The translations under genes were made by a program, and so were the position numbers. The notes beneath the pieces were generated by a model. It saw only the letters and a program-made list of their open reading frames with translations. It did no database searches and was not told the DNA's origin. Source: Prorocentrum cordatum (Eukaryota). From it: a stretch of DNA of 64,000 nucleotides. Shown in pieces: positions 10,796 through 22,600 of the stretch (positions are counted from its first letter, which is position 1; the number at the start of each line of letters is the position of its first letter). The DNA lies in contig CAUYUJ010000246.1 in the NCBI GenBank assembly GCA_963575745.1, forward strand, positions 1 to 64,000, given 5' to 3'.

Positions 10796-12934
10796 GTGTC
10801 CGCGTTGGCTGAGGCTGTCGATGCCGAGGCGGGGGGTGATGACGTCGCGCGGCGGCGTCTGACCGCCGTGGCTGACAGGCTCCTGGACCGGAAGAGGGTG
10901 CGCGGTGTGACGTTGGAGGAACGCGAGGCCGCGCGGGAGCTGGCGGGTGGGGATGCAGAGGATTTCGCAGGTGTTGACACGGTGGAAGAGATGCGGGGGC
11001 GTTTGAGGGCTGCCGCTGCCCGGCTGTCGCGGGAGCGCCCGGACGACGACGGAGTGGAGTTGTTGGGCCGTGTCGCTGACATGATGGTGGATCGGTGGGT
11101 GGCGTGTGGGCGGTGGGATGGTCGCGTGTTCGCTGTCGTGGAACCGAGCCTGGGCCCGCTGCACATGAGCGCTGTGAAGGAGGCCATGGGTGCGCTGGTG
11201 CCGCCGAGACTGCACGGGAGCTTGGATAAGGCGGCCAGGAGGATGAAGGATGCGTTCGGGGATGTTCGCGGTGGCTGCGCGCTGCGGATGGACAAGTGGG
11301 TCGTGAACGTGCGGTCGGAGGGCGCTCTGGCGGAGGGCAGACTGGAGCGTCAAGCGTTGGAGTTCTTCCTGAAGGTGGCGCGACAGCTGTGCTCAGTGTT
11401 AGACCTGCCGATGACTGTGGCCTCGGCAAAGGTGGGCGAGCACGTCGGCGCGGAGGAGAACCCAGAGCATTTTGCTCGGGTGGCGCACAACTGGACGAGC
11501 GTTTGGGACGCGAGCTGCGTCAGCGATAAGAAGGAGTTGCTGATGGTTGCTGCCGTGGACGCTCTGAGCGTGTCTGGCGTTCCCCAGGATTGGATCTTCG
11601 TGCGCGTCCATGCTGGTCGGGCGGGGGAGGCGCTCGGGCGTGCCGAGTCTCTGACCGTGTGCGTGTACGATCGAGGCCGCAGGGAGGCGGTTGCAGGGCG
11701 AATCGCTCGGAATATCGACGCGCTGCTGCGGCCGATACAGGCCAGTGATGGGCGGCGCCCGCCACCAGTGGTAGATTTTGGGGAGGCGCCGCACGTTCGG
11801 GTGCCTTCGCAGAGGATCGCCGGCGCACTCGGGCTCCTGCTGGGCCACGTTGGTCGCGGGGCCGGTGCCAGGGTGCAGGATGCGTCGGCGGAGTCGTTCG
11901 TGCCAGACGTGTGTCGTGCGTTGCGGGGCGCGTTCGCGTCTTTCCGCGCGGGCGTCGGCGCGCGGGGTGCGCGGGATGTCATGGAGTTGTTGCTCTCGGA
12001 CCAGGAGTGCCGTGACGCTCTGGACCTCGTCGGCGTCGCCCCGCGCGCGGATGTGTCTGGGCCCAGTGCGGCGGGCGCGGGCCGGGCGATGGCGGGTGTG
12101 GTGGGGAGGGCCGTGGACGAGGCAGGCGAGGGAGAGGGCCTTGAGGGCGCGTCGACGTTGTCGTTTGCGACGTGGAACATTGCTGGTGGGCATCACGCTG
12201 CCGTGGCGCCGCATTCCTGGACCGCGCGGGATCAGCGCGCCGCGGTTCTTGGCGAGGTGCTCCGTTGGAGGCAGGCGCGCGGGTGTGACGTCGTTGCCTT
12301 GCAGGAGTGCGAGGGCGGGGGTGCGTACGAGGAGCTGTCAGGGGAGTTTCAATTGGCGGGCGTTGCGCAGGCGCACGAGTCCAGGGGGTATGTGCATCTG
12401 TACGTCAGGCACGGTCTGCGGGCGGAATCTGTGGCTGTGCCAGGGCAGGATCCGAGCGTGCTGTGCCGTGTCCAGGTGCCCGGAGACGGCGGCGCCGGCG
12501 GCGATGGGCACGTGCACGTGGCGGCGGTGCACCTGCCCACGGACGCGTCATGGGAACGGCGTCGTGCGATTCTTGGGAAGATTGTGGCGAAGTGCGGGGA
12601 CGAATGCCATCGGCTGCTCATCGTGGGCGACATGAACAGCACGGATGCGCAGGTGCAGGCAGCCGTGGAGCAGTTGCGTCTGAGGGACGCATGGTATGAG
12701 GGCCGATCCTGGGGTTGCCCCGGCAATAAGGTCTATTCGGGTCTCGGCGAGAGGGGGGCTGTCGGCCAGAGACGTGACCGGGTGCTCTTTGGAGCGGATC
12801 TCTGGTCCGAGGTGCACTTGGTAGGGAAAGGGAAGGTGTTCTTCGAAGGTTCCGAGTTCCACATGTCCGACCACTATGGCTGTTCGGGTATGTGCGTGCC
12901 CACGCGTGCTTTGGATCTCGGGAGCAGAAGATGA
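10796..12934 (+). CDS. Helitron polyprotein segment ending in an APE/EEP-family endonuclease
   Basis: Same frame as the helicase C-terminus. Motifs FATWNIAG, DVVALQEC, AAVHLP, IVGDMN, RDRVLF and MSDHYG in ~12160-12880. Confidence 0.85.
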   Translation: MSALAEAVDAEAGGDDVARRRLTAVADRLLDRKRVRGVTLEEREAARELAGGDAEDFAGVDTVEEMRGRLRAAAARLSRERPDDDGVELLGRVADMMVDRWVACGRWDGRVFAVVEPSLGPLHMSAVKEAMGALVPPRLHGSLDKAARRMKDAFGDVRGGCALRMDKWVVNVRSEGALAEGRLERQALEFFLKVARQLCSVLDLPMTVASAKVGEHVGAEENPEHFARVAHNWTSVWDASCVSDKKELLMVAAVDALSVSGVPQDWIFVRVHAGRAGEALGRAESLTVCVYDRGRREAVAGRIARNIDALLRPIQASDGRRPPPVVDFGEAPHVRVPSQRIAGALGLLLGHVGRGAGARVQDASAESFVPDVCRALRGAFASFRAGVGARGARDVMELLLSDQECRDALDLVGVAPRADVSGPSAAGAGRAMAGVVGRAVDEAGEGEGLEGASTLSFATWNIAGGHHAAVAPHSWTARDQRAAVLGEVLRWRQARGCDVVALQECEGGGAYEELSGEFQLAGVAQAHESRGYVHLYVRHGLRAESVAVPGQDPSVLCRVQVPGDGGAGGDGHVHVAAVHLPTDASWERRRAILGKIVAKCGDECHRLLIVGDMNSTDAQVQAAVEQLRLRDAWYEGRSWGCPGNKVYSGLGERGAVGQRRDRVLFGADLWSEVHLVGKGKVFFEGSEFHMSDHYGCSGMCVPTRALDLGSRR

Positions 12935-15491
12935 GGGCCGTGGCGCAGCGCGCGAGAGTCGTGCTGCAGGCGACGCGTGATCAGTCACAGAGACTGGAGG
13001 GTGTGGAGGTTCAGAGTCGGTTACAGCGTGGTCGAGAGGCCGCGGCGCTGGCCCGGCAGCAGGCGCAGGAACGAGATCGAGAGGCGTACTTGCGGACGCA
13101 GCAGCGGGCTGCCCGCCGCCGACAGCGCCGTCGGGAACAAGCGATATCCGCAGCGTTCGGGCCACAGAGTTTGTTTGCTTTGGGTCGCCCGGTTCCGCCG
13201 CCGCCGAGCCCCTGCCCGCCTCCGCAGCCACCGTGCCCGGCAGACATGTATGTCCCGAACGTGGCTGGCATTCGCGCGGCTTCGTGGGACAGCGTGCGGT
13301 GCGTGCCCGTCCGAGGGATGCCGCGGCCATGGCACACCTGCTACGTGGTCAGTGTGACGCAGCTGATGTTGCGGACGCCTGCCGTCTTGGAGTGGCTTCG
13401 ATTGCATTCAGAGCAGCAGTGCGAGGACCGGGGCACGGGGCGTTGTTGCGTGTGCGGGATGTGGGAGACGTACAACCAGTTGTGCTCGCGACGCTGGCAG
13501 CAGGGACCTGTGAGTGTGCTGCGGCGTACGAGCGTTGACTGCGACGACGATGTGATGGGGCGGCAGAGTGAGTTCAATGACCCGTGGCAGCAGCAGGATG
13601 TGTTTGCGTATTGGGGTAAGCTGATGGTGGCTGCGCGTGACGCAGAGATGTTGGCAGGTCGGTTTGCGCAGCGGGAACTCGATAGCATCCGCGCGGTGAA
13701 TCTGCGGGTGACGTGCGTTGATCAGATGTTCGGGTTCGTCGTGGAGAAGCGGGAGAAGTGTGACGTGTGCAATTACGAGACTGTCGCGTACGAGGCTGAG
13801 GATGTGCTGAAGCTGCGTGTTCATGGGCGTCAGGTGGGCCCTTGATGCTGCAGGAGTTGTACTGCGACTTTTGTGCTCCTGAAGATATCGAGAAGAGCTG
13901 CCCGGGGTGCTGCCGCGACGAGCGCGACCGGGTTAAGCACGTGAGGCAGACGAGAGCCACTGGTGTGCCACAGGTTCTGGTGGTTCAATTGAGGAGGGGC
14001 TCCGAGGCGCGGGAGGCAGTGTGGGTGGAAGAGCAACTGAGGCTGCCAGGGCTTCCCCAGATGCAGTTGGTCGGTGTGGTTTACCACAATGGGCGCTCAA
14101 TTTATAGCGGCCATTACACGACTCTGTGCCGCGTTCATGATGGGAGGTACTTCATGTTTGACGACGACCAGCCACCGCGCTTGATCCGAGACGAGCCGGC
14201 GCACATCAAGCAGAAGGAGGCGTACATGGCAGTGCATTGCCGCCTGGGCCGCGGCCAGGGGCAGGGCGCGGGTGCAGATGCGACAGAGGTGGGCGCAGCG
14301 CGTGAGGGGCAGGGCAGTGGCGGGAGTGGGCCGGGGGGCGGTGATGCGAGTGCGTCTGGTGGCGGCGGATGGGGCGGGGGTGGGGCTGTTGGTGGTGGCG
14401 CCGACGGAGCGACGGAGCGCGAGGGGGGGAGTGGGGCGTCGGCGGCCCGAGGGAACGGGCGCGCGGGCGGCGTCGCTGGCGATCGGGCCGGGGCTTCGGC
14501 GTCTGGTGGGTCGAGGGGTGAGCCTACGTCCGGCGGTGGAGTTGGTGCAGGGCCAGGCCGTGGAGGACGCAGGGAGGGCGTTGTCTCGGTTGCCGCCGCC
14601 GAGCCGCGTTCCGCGAGCAGGCGCCTGCGGAGGAAGTGTGCGGTTTCGACGTCAGGGGGGGGGCGCGCCGTCGATGGTGATGGTGCGGCTGGGCGGCGAG
14701 CGGTCACGACGAAGGGCAGGGCTTCGGGCGCAGCCGAGTCAAGGGGCGCGGCAGGCGCCCGCGACTTGACCGCTGGGGTTGGCGGGGGGGCGGTGTCTCC
14801 GAGGGAGGGGGGGGTCTCTGGCTCGCCTGGTGGCGCCGCTCTGCGTTCCGCCGCGCGGCGGGCACGGGAAAAGACGGCGACGCCTCGCTGGGATGCAGGG
14901 GCGGCGGGTGGCGCGGCGGGCGCGGCTGGAGTCAGGGATGTCGGCGGGGAGCGCGACGTCGCTGGGCCAGGGCGCGTCCGAGGTGCTCGAGGGTCCGGGG
15001 AGGCGCGCGCGGGCGGCGGGGGTCTAGGTGGCGATGTGGCATGCGCGAGTGTCGCGGGGGGGAAAGATGCGGCAGCGGTGGAGGCGGTGCGGGTTTCAGC
15101 GTCGGGGAAACGAAAGGTGGAGCCTCGGTCAGAGGCGGAGGTCCCGCGGAGGAGCTCGGCGCGTTTGGCGGCGCGAGCTGCGCCTGGCCCCGTCGCGGCT
15201 GAGGGGGGGGCTGCCGCGGGCGAGGGCGCGTATATACGGGGGGGGGTACTGGTGCGCCCGAGGCGCGCGGAGCCGTCTGGGCCGTCGAGTGGCGGCGGCG
15301 CCGCGCGAGTGGTGACAGGTTTCGGCGCGGGGAGGATCGAGAACTTGGCTGCGTTCCAGCGCAGCCGCGAGTTGGGGGATGCGACGCGCGCGTCGCAGCG
15401 GGTCTCGGAGGGGGCCCGAGGGAGGTGCGTGGATATGCAGGGGAATGAGCTGGATCCGTCTGCGGGGTCCGCCTGGCATGCGGGTCGATAG
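12892..15491 (+). pseudogene. USP/C19 ubiquitin-specific protease domain plus Gly/Ala/Arg-rich tail (frameshift at ~13842)
   Basis: Cys box GMPRPWHTCYVVSVTQLM (~13315), QQQDVFAY, CDVC and CPGC zinc fingers, PQVLVVQLRR, His box LVGVVYHNGRSIYSGHYTT (~14067-14123), YFMFDD. Confidence 0.8.
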
Positions 15492-15679
15492 GGCGGGGGG
15501 TGCGGGGGGAGCTGGGTGTTGAGGGGGGAAGAGTGGGGAAGCAAGACGGGGGGGGAGAGCGGGTAAACTAGGGCAAGGCTGTGCTGCGAGGTTCGGCTCC
15601 TCCCCCCTCAAGTCTTTTCTCTCCGCTGGCGCTCCGTGAGGGCGAAGTGGCTGGAGCGGAGGGAGGGCTGGCCCCGCGT

Positions 15680-17763
15680 CTGCGTGTGACTGCGTCTCTG
15701 TGCGTCTGTGTGTCTGTGTGTCTGAGTGTCTGCGTGTCTGTGTGTCTGGTGCTGCGTGTGTCAGTGTGCTTGAATGTCTGTGTGTTTATGTGTATGTGTG
15801 TCTCTGTGTCTGTGTGTCTGTGTGCTTGTGTTTCTGTCTTTCTGTCTTTCTGTGTGTCTGTGTGTCTGTGTGTCTCTGTGTCTGTGTGTCTGAATGTCCA
15901 AGTTTTTGCGTGTCTGTGTGTCTGTGTGTCTGTGTGTTTGTGTGTCTGTGTGTTTGTGTGTCTGTGTGTCCCTGTGCCTCTGTGTGATTTTCTGTCTTTC
16001 TTTGTGTCCGTGTGTCTGTGTGTCTGTGTATCTGTATGTCTGGTTGCCTGTGTGTCTATGTGTCTGTGAGTCTGTGTGTCTGGGTGTTTGGGTGTCCGTC
16101 TGTCAGTGTGTCCGTGTGTCTGTGTGTCTGTGTTTCTGTGTATCCTTGTATTTGTGTGTCTGTATGTCTCTGTGTCTGTGTGTCTGTGTGTCTGTGTGTC
16201 TGTGTGTGTGTCCGTGTGTCTGTGTGTCAGCGTGTCCGTGTGCCCATGTGTCTGTGTGTCTGTGCGTCTGTGTGTCTGTGGGCCCGTGTGTGTGTCTGTG
16301 TGTCTGTGTGTCAGCGTGTCCGTGTAACCATGTGTCTGTGTGTCTGTGTGTCTGAGTGCATGTGTGTCTGTGTGTCTGTGTGTCTGAATGTCTGTGAGTC
16401 CTGTTTGTTTTTGTGTTGGTGTGTCCGTGTGTCTGTGTGCTGGTGTCTGTGTGTTCGTGTGTCCGTGTGTCTGTGTGTTTGAGTGTCTGAGTGTTTGTGT
16501 GTCTGTGTTTCTGTGTGTCTGTGAGTTCGTTTGTCTGTGTGTATGTGTGTCTGTGTGTCTGTGTGTCTGTGTGTCTGTGTATCTGTCTGTCTGTGTGTCT
16601 CTGTTTCTGTTTGTCTGTGTGTCTGTACGTCCGTGTCTTTTGTGTCCGTGTGTCCGTGTGGTCGTGTCTGTGTGTTTGTATGTCTGTGTGTTTGTGTGTT
16701 CGTGTGTCTGTGTGTCTGAGTGTCTGCGTTTCTGGGTGTGTATGTGTCTGTGTGACTGGTTGTCTCTGTGTCTGTGTATCCTTGTGTCTGCGTGTCTTTG
16801 TGTGTGTGTCTGCGTGTCTGTGTGTCTGTTTGTGGATCTGTCTGTGAGTCTGTCTTTCTGTGCGTCTGTGTGTGTGTCTGTCTGTCTGTTCGCGTGAATT
16901 TGCGTGTGTGTGTGCGCGTGTGCGCGTGCGTGTCAGTGTGTGAGTGTGTGCGCGCGCGGCGCTGGCAGCCCCGCGCTGCCGCCCCACCCCCTTCCGGGCG
17001 CTCCGCGAGGGCGGAGTGGTTGGAGTGGAGGGAGGGCCGGCCCCAACATGGGGCGGCGCCTCCCCCCTCCGGAGCGCTGGAAGGGGGTGTGTTGGGTGGG
17101 GGGGCTCTGTCTGCCTGTCTGTGTGTCTGTGTGTCTGTGTATCTGTGTGTCTGTGTTTTTGTGCGTCTGTGTGTCTGTGTGTGTCAGTGTGTCAGTGTGT
17201 CTGTGTATCTGTTTGTCTGTGTGTCTGTGTGTCTGTCTGTCTGGGTGTTTGTGTGTCTGTGTGCCTGTGTGCCTTTGTGCCTGCGTGTCTGTGTGTCCTT
17301 GTGCCTGCGTGTCTGTGTGTGGGTGTGTCTGCGTGGCCGCGTGTGTGTGTGTGTGTCTGCGTGTCTGTGTGTCCGTGTGTCTATGTGTCTGTGTGTCTGT
17401 GTGTGTGTGTGTCTGTGTGCTTGAGTGTCTGTGTGTCTGTGTGCTTGAGTGTCTGTGTGTCTGTGTGTCTGTGTATTTGTGTGTCTGTATGGCTGTGTGT
17501 CTGTGTGTCTCCCTGTCTGTGTTTCTGTGTGTCTGTTTGTCTGTGTGTCTGTGTGTCTGTGTGTCTATTTGTCCGTGTGTCTGTGTGTCTGTGTGTCTGT
17601 GGGTCTGTGGGTCTGTGTGTCTGTTTGTCCGTGTGTCTGTGTGTCTCTATGGCCGTATGTCTGTCTGTCTGTGTGAGAGTTTGTCCGTGTGTCTGTGTGT
17701 CCGTGTGTCTGTTTGTCTGTGTGTCTGTGTGTCTGTGGGTCTTTGTGTCTGTGTGTCTATGTG

Positions 17764-17794
<31 letters not shown>

Positions 17795-19618
17795 ATGTGC
17801 GTCTGTGTGTCTGTTTGTCTGTGTGTCTGTGTGTCTGTGTGTCTGTGAGTCAGTGTGTCTGTGTGTCTGTTTGTATGTGTGCCTGTGTTTCTGTCTGCGT
17901 GTCTTCCTGTGTGTCTGTGTGTTTGTGTGGCCGTGCCTGTGTGTCTATGTGTCTGTGAGTCTGTGTGTCTGTGTGATTGTGTCTCTGTGTGTCTGCGTGT
18001 CTGTGTTTCTGTGTGTCAGTGTGTCAGTGTGTCATTGTGTCTGTGTGTCTGTGTGTCTGTGTGTCTGTGTGTCTTTGTGTCTGTGTGTCTGGGTGTCCCT
18101 GTTTCTGTGTGTTTGTGTGTCTGTGCGTCTGTGTGTCTGTGTGTCTGTTTCTTTTTTGCGTCGGTGTGTCTGTGTGTCAGTGTGTCAGTGTGTCGGTGTA
18201 TTTGTTTGTGTGTGCCTGTGTGTCTGTCTGTCTGTGTCTGTGTGCCTGCGTGCCTTAATGCCTGCGTGTCTGTGGGTCCTCGTGTCTGTGTGTCTGTGTG
18301 CGTGTATGCGTGTGCCTGTGTGTCTGTGTGTTTGTGTTTCTGTGTGTCTGTGTGTCTGAGTGTCTGTGTGTCTGTGTGTCTGGTGCTGTGTGTGTGTCAG
18401 TGTGCTTGAGTGTCTGTGTGTCTGTGTGTCTTTGTATCTGTGTGTCTGTACGTCTGTGTGTCTGTGTGTCTGCGTGTCTGTGTGTCTGTGTGTCTGTGTG
18501 TCTGTGTGTCTGTGTGTCTGTGTGTCTGTGTGTCTTTGTGTCTGTGTGCCTGTGTGCCTGTGTTTCTGTCTTTCTGTTTTTCTGTGTCTGTGTTTCTGTG
18601 TGTCTGTGTGTCTGTGTGTCTGTGTGTCTGAGCGTCCGCTTGTCTGTGCGTCTGTGTGTCTGTGGGTCTGTGGGTCTCTGTGTCTGTGTGTCTGTGTGTC
18701 TGTGTGTCCCTGTGCCTGTGTGTTTGTCTGTCTGTCTTTGTGCCAGTGTGTTTTCGTGTCTGTGTATCTGTGTGTGTGGTGGCCGGTGTGTCTGTGTGTC
18801 CGTGTGTCCGCGTGTCAGTGTGGCTGTGTGTTTGTGTTTCTGTGTGTCAGTGTGTCAATGTGTCAGTGTGTCAGTGTGTTTGTGTGTCTATGTGTCTGTG
18901 TGTCTGTGTGTCTTGGTGTCTGGGTGTCAGTCTGTCTGTGTGTCCGCGTGTCTGTGTGTCTGTGTGTCTGTGTGTCTGTGCATCTGTGTGTCTGGTTGTT
19001 TCTGTGTCTGTGTGTCTGTGTGTTTGCGTGTCTGTGTGTCCGTGTGCGTGTCCGTGTGGTTGTGTGTCTGCGTGACCGCGTGTCCGTGTGTCTGTTTGTC
19101 TGTGTGTCTGTGTGTCTGTGTGTCTGTGTGTCTGTGTGTCTGTGTGTCTGTGTGATTTTGTGTTGGTGTGTCTGTGTGTCTGTGTGTTGGTGTCTGTGTT
19201 CTGTGTGTCCTTGTGTCTGTGTGCTTGTGAATCTGTGTGTTTGTGTGTCTGTGTGTCCGTGTGTCTGTGTGTATGTGTGTCTGTGTTTCTGTGTGTCTTT
19301 GTGTCTGTGTGTCTGTGTGTCTGTGTGTTTGGGTTTTTTGTGTCTGTATGTCCGTGTGTCTTTTGTGTCCGTGTGTCCGTGTCTGTGTTTCTGCATGGCT
19401 GTGTGTTTGTGTGTCCGCGTGTCTGTGTGTCTGAGTATCTGCGTGTCTGGATGTCTGTGTTTCTGTGTGACTGGTTGGCTGTGTGTCTGTGTTTCTGTGT
19501 GTCTGCGTGTCTGCGTGTCTGTGTGTCTGCGTGTCCGTTTGTCTGTGTGTCTGTGTGTCTGTCTGCCTGTGGATCTGTCTGTGTTGTCTTTCTGTGCGTC
19601 TGTGTGTGTGTGTGTGTG

Positions 19619-19657
<39 letters not shown>

Positions 19658-22600
19658 GCGCGTGTATTTGCGTGTGTGTGTGTGTGCGTGCGTGTGTGTG
19701 TGTCAGTGTGTGTGTGTGTGCGTGCGCGCGCGGCGCTGGCAGCCCCTCGCTGGCCCCCCCCTGCCACTCCCTTTCTCGGGCGCTCCGCGAGGGCGGAGTG
19801 GTTGGTCCGTGGAGGGAGGGCCGGCCCCAAAATGGGGCGGTCCCTCCCCCCTCCGGAGCGCCGGAAGGGGGTGTGGTGGGTGGGGGGGGGGGGGCTCTGT
19901 CTGCCAGTCAGTGTGTCTGTGTGTCTATGTCTGTGTGTCTATGCTTCTGTGTGTCTGTGTTTTTGTGTGTATGTGTGTCAGTGTGTCAGTGTGTCAGTGT
20001 GTCTGTGTATCTGTTTGTCTGTGTGTCTGTGTGTCTGGGTGTCTGGGTGTCTGTGTGTCTGTGTGCCTGTGTGCCTTTGTGCCTGCGTGTCTGTGTGTCC
20101 TTGTGTCTGCGTGTCTGTGTGTTGGTGTGTCTGCGTGTCTGCGTGTGTGTGTGTGTCTGCGTGTCTGTGTGTCCGTGTGTCTGTGTGTTTGTGTTTCTGT
20201 GTGTGTGTGAATCTGGTGCTCTGTGTGTCTGTGTGCTTGAGTGTCTGTGTGTCTGTGTGTCTGTGTATTTGGGTGTCTGTATGTCTGTGTGTCTGTGTGT
20301 CTGCGTGTCTGTGTTTCTGTGTGTCTGTGTGTCTGTGTGTCTGTATGTCTATGTGTCCGTGTGTCTGTGTGTCTGTGTGTCTTTGTGTCTGTTTGTCTGT
20401 GTGTCTGTGTGTCTGGGTGCCTGTGTCTGTGTGTCTTTGTGTCTGTGTGTCCGTGTGCTTGTGTCTGTATGGCCGTGTGTCTGTCTGTCTGTCTGTGTGT
20501 GTGTGTTGTCTGTGTGTCCGTGTGTCCGTGTGTCTGTGTGTCTGTGTTTATGTGTGTCTGTGGGTCTCTGTGTTTGTGTGTCTGTGTGTGTGTCTGTCTG
20601 TCTTTCTGTGTGTCTGTCTGTCTGTGTGTCTGTGTGTCTGTGTGTCTGTGTGTCTGTGTGTCTGTTTGCCTGTGTGTCTGTGTGATCGTGTGTCTGTGTG
20701 TCTGTGTGTCTGTGTGTCTGTGTGTCTGTATGCCTGTGTGTCTGTGTGTGTGTGTGTGTGTGTCTGTCTGTCTGTGTGTCTGTATGTCTGATTGCCTGTG
20801 TGTCTGTGTGTCCGTGTGTCAGTGTGTCTGTGTGTCTATGTTTCTGTGTGTCAGTGTGTCACTGTGTCAGAGTGCCAGTGTGTCTGTTTGTCTATGTGTC
20901 TATGTGTCTGTGTGTCTGTGTGAGTGCTTATCCTTGTATTTGTGTGTCTGTATGTCTCTGTGTCTGTGTGTCTGCGTGTCTGTGGGTCCGTGTGTGTGTG
21001 CGTGTGTGTCTGTGTGTCAGCGTGTCCGTGTAATCATGTGTCTGTGTGTCTGTGTGTATGTGTCTCTGTGTGTCTGTGTGTCTGAATGTCTGTGTGTCCT
21101 GTGTGTTTTTGTGTTGGTGTGTCTGTGTGTCTGTGTGTTGGTGTCTGTGTGTTCGTGTGTCCGTGTGTCTGTGTGTCTGAGTGTCTGTGTGTTTGTGTGT
21201 CCGTGTTTCTGTGTGTCTGTAAGTTCGCGTGTCTGTGTGTATGTGTGTCTGTGTGTCTTTGTGTCTGTGTGCCTGTGTTTCTGTGTGGCTGTGTGTCTCT
21301 GTGTCTGTTTGTCTGTGCGTCTGTATGTCCGGGTCTTTTGTGTCCTTGTGTCCGTGTGCTCGTGTCTGTGTGTTTGTATGTCTGTGTGTTTGTGTGTTCG
21401 TGTGTCTGTGTGTCTGAGTGTCTGCGTGTCTGGGTCTCTGTGTGTCTGTGTGACTGGTTGTCTGTGTGTCTGTGTATCCTTGTGTCTGCGTGTCTTTGTG
21501 TGTGTGTCTGCGTGTCTGTGTGTCTCTCTGTTTGTGGATCTGTCTGTGTGTCTGTCTTTCTGTGCGTCTGTGTGTGTGTGTCTGTCTGTCTGTCTGTGCG
21601 CGTGAATTTGCGTGTGTGTGTGTGTGCGCGTGCGTGTGTGCGTGTCAGTGTGTGAGTGTGTGCGCGCGCGGCGCTGGCGGCCCCGCGCTGCCGGCCCCCC
21701 CCCCCCCCCCCTACGGGCGCTCCGCGAGGGCGGATTGGTTGGAGTGGAGGGAGGGCCGGCCCCCAAATGGGGCGGCGCCTCCCCCCTCCGGAGCGCTGGA
21801 AGGGGGTATGGTGGGTTGGGGGGGCTCTGTCTGCCTGTCTGTGTGTCTATGTGTCTGTGTGTCTGTGTGTCCGTGTTTTTGTGCGTCTCTGTGTCAGTGT
21901 GTCAGTGTGTCTGTGTATCTGTTTGTCTGTGTGTCTGTGTGTCTGTCTGTCTGGGTGTTTGTGTGTCTGTGTGCCTGTGTGCCTTTGTGCCTGCGTATCT
22001 GTGTGTCCTTCGTAGCCGCGTGTCTGTGTGTCTGCGTGTCTGTGTGTCCGTGTGTCTATGTGTCTGTGTGTCTGTGTGTCTGTGTGCTTGAGTGTCTGTG
22101 TGTCAGTGTGCTTGAGTGTCTGTGTGTCTGTGTGTCTGTGTATTTGTGTGTCTGTATGGCTGTGTGTCTGTGTGTCTCCGTGTTTGTGTTTCTGTGTGTC
22201 TGTTTGTCTGTGTGTCTGTGTGTCTGTATGTCTATGTGTCCGTGTGTCTGTGTGTCTGTGTGTCTGTGTGTCTGTCTGTCTGTGTGTCTGTATGTCTGAT
22301 TGCCTGTGTGTCTGTGTGTCCGTGTGTCTGTGTGTCTGTGTGTCAGTGTGTCTTTTGTGTCTGTATGGCCGTATGTCTGTCTGTCTGTGTGAGAGTTTGT
22401 CCGTGTGTCCGTGTGTCCGTGTGTCTGTGTGTCTGTGTGCTTGTGTATCTGTGGGTCTTTGTGTCTGTGTGTCTATGTCTATGTCTGTCTGTCTGTCTGT
22501 ATGTGTGTCTGTGTGTCTGTGTGTCTGTGTGTCTGTGTGTCTGTGTGTCTGTGAGTCAGTGTGTCTGTGTGTCTGTTTGTATGTGTGCCTGTGTTTCTGT

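Larger units (their letters stand above)
1..15491 (+). mobile_element. Giant Helitron-superfamily (Helentron/Helitron2-like) rolling-circle transposon with disrupted coding region; termini not identified
   Basis: Consecutive + strand ORF segments give the order Rep (HUH, YxxKY), PIF1 helicase, APE endonuclease, USP protease. The segments join through about 8 frameshifts and 2 in-frame TAG stops (9819-9821, 10778-10780). Confidence 0.9.

Noticed and set aside
15492..15600. Helitron 3' terminus at AAACTAG (~15565-15571)
   Set aside because: Followed by G rather than T and no convincing upstream hairpin, so the end is left undefined.
325..15611. Long antisense and alternative-frame ORFs over the Helitron (e.g. 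3856-6123, 7857-9611, 14135-15544)
   Set aside because: Shadow ORFs expected in very GC-rich coding DNA; no motifs.
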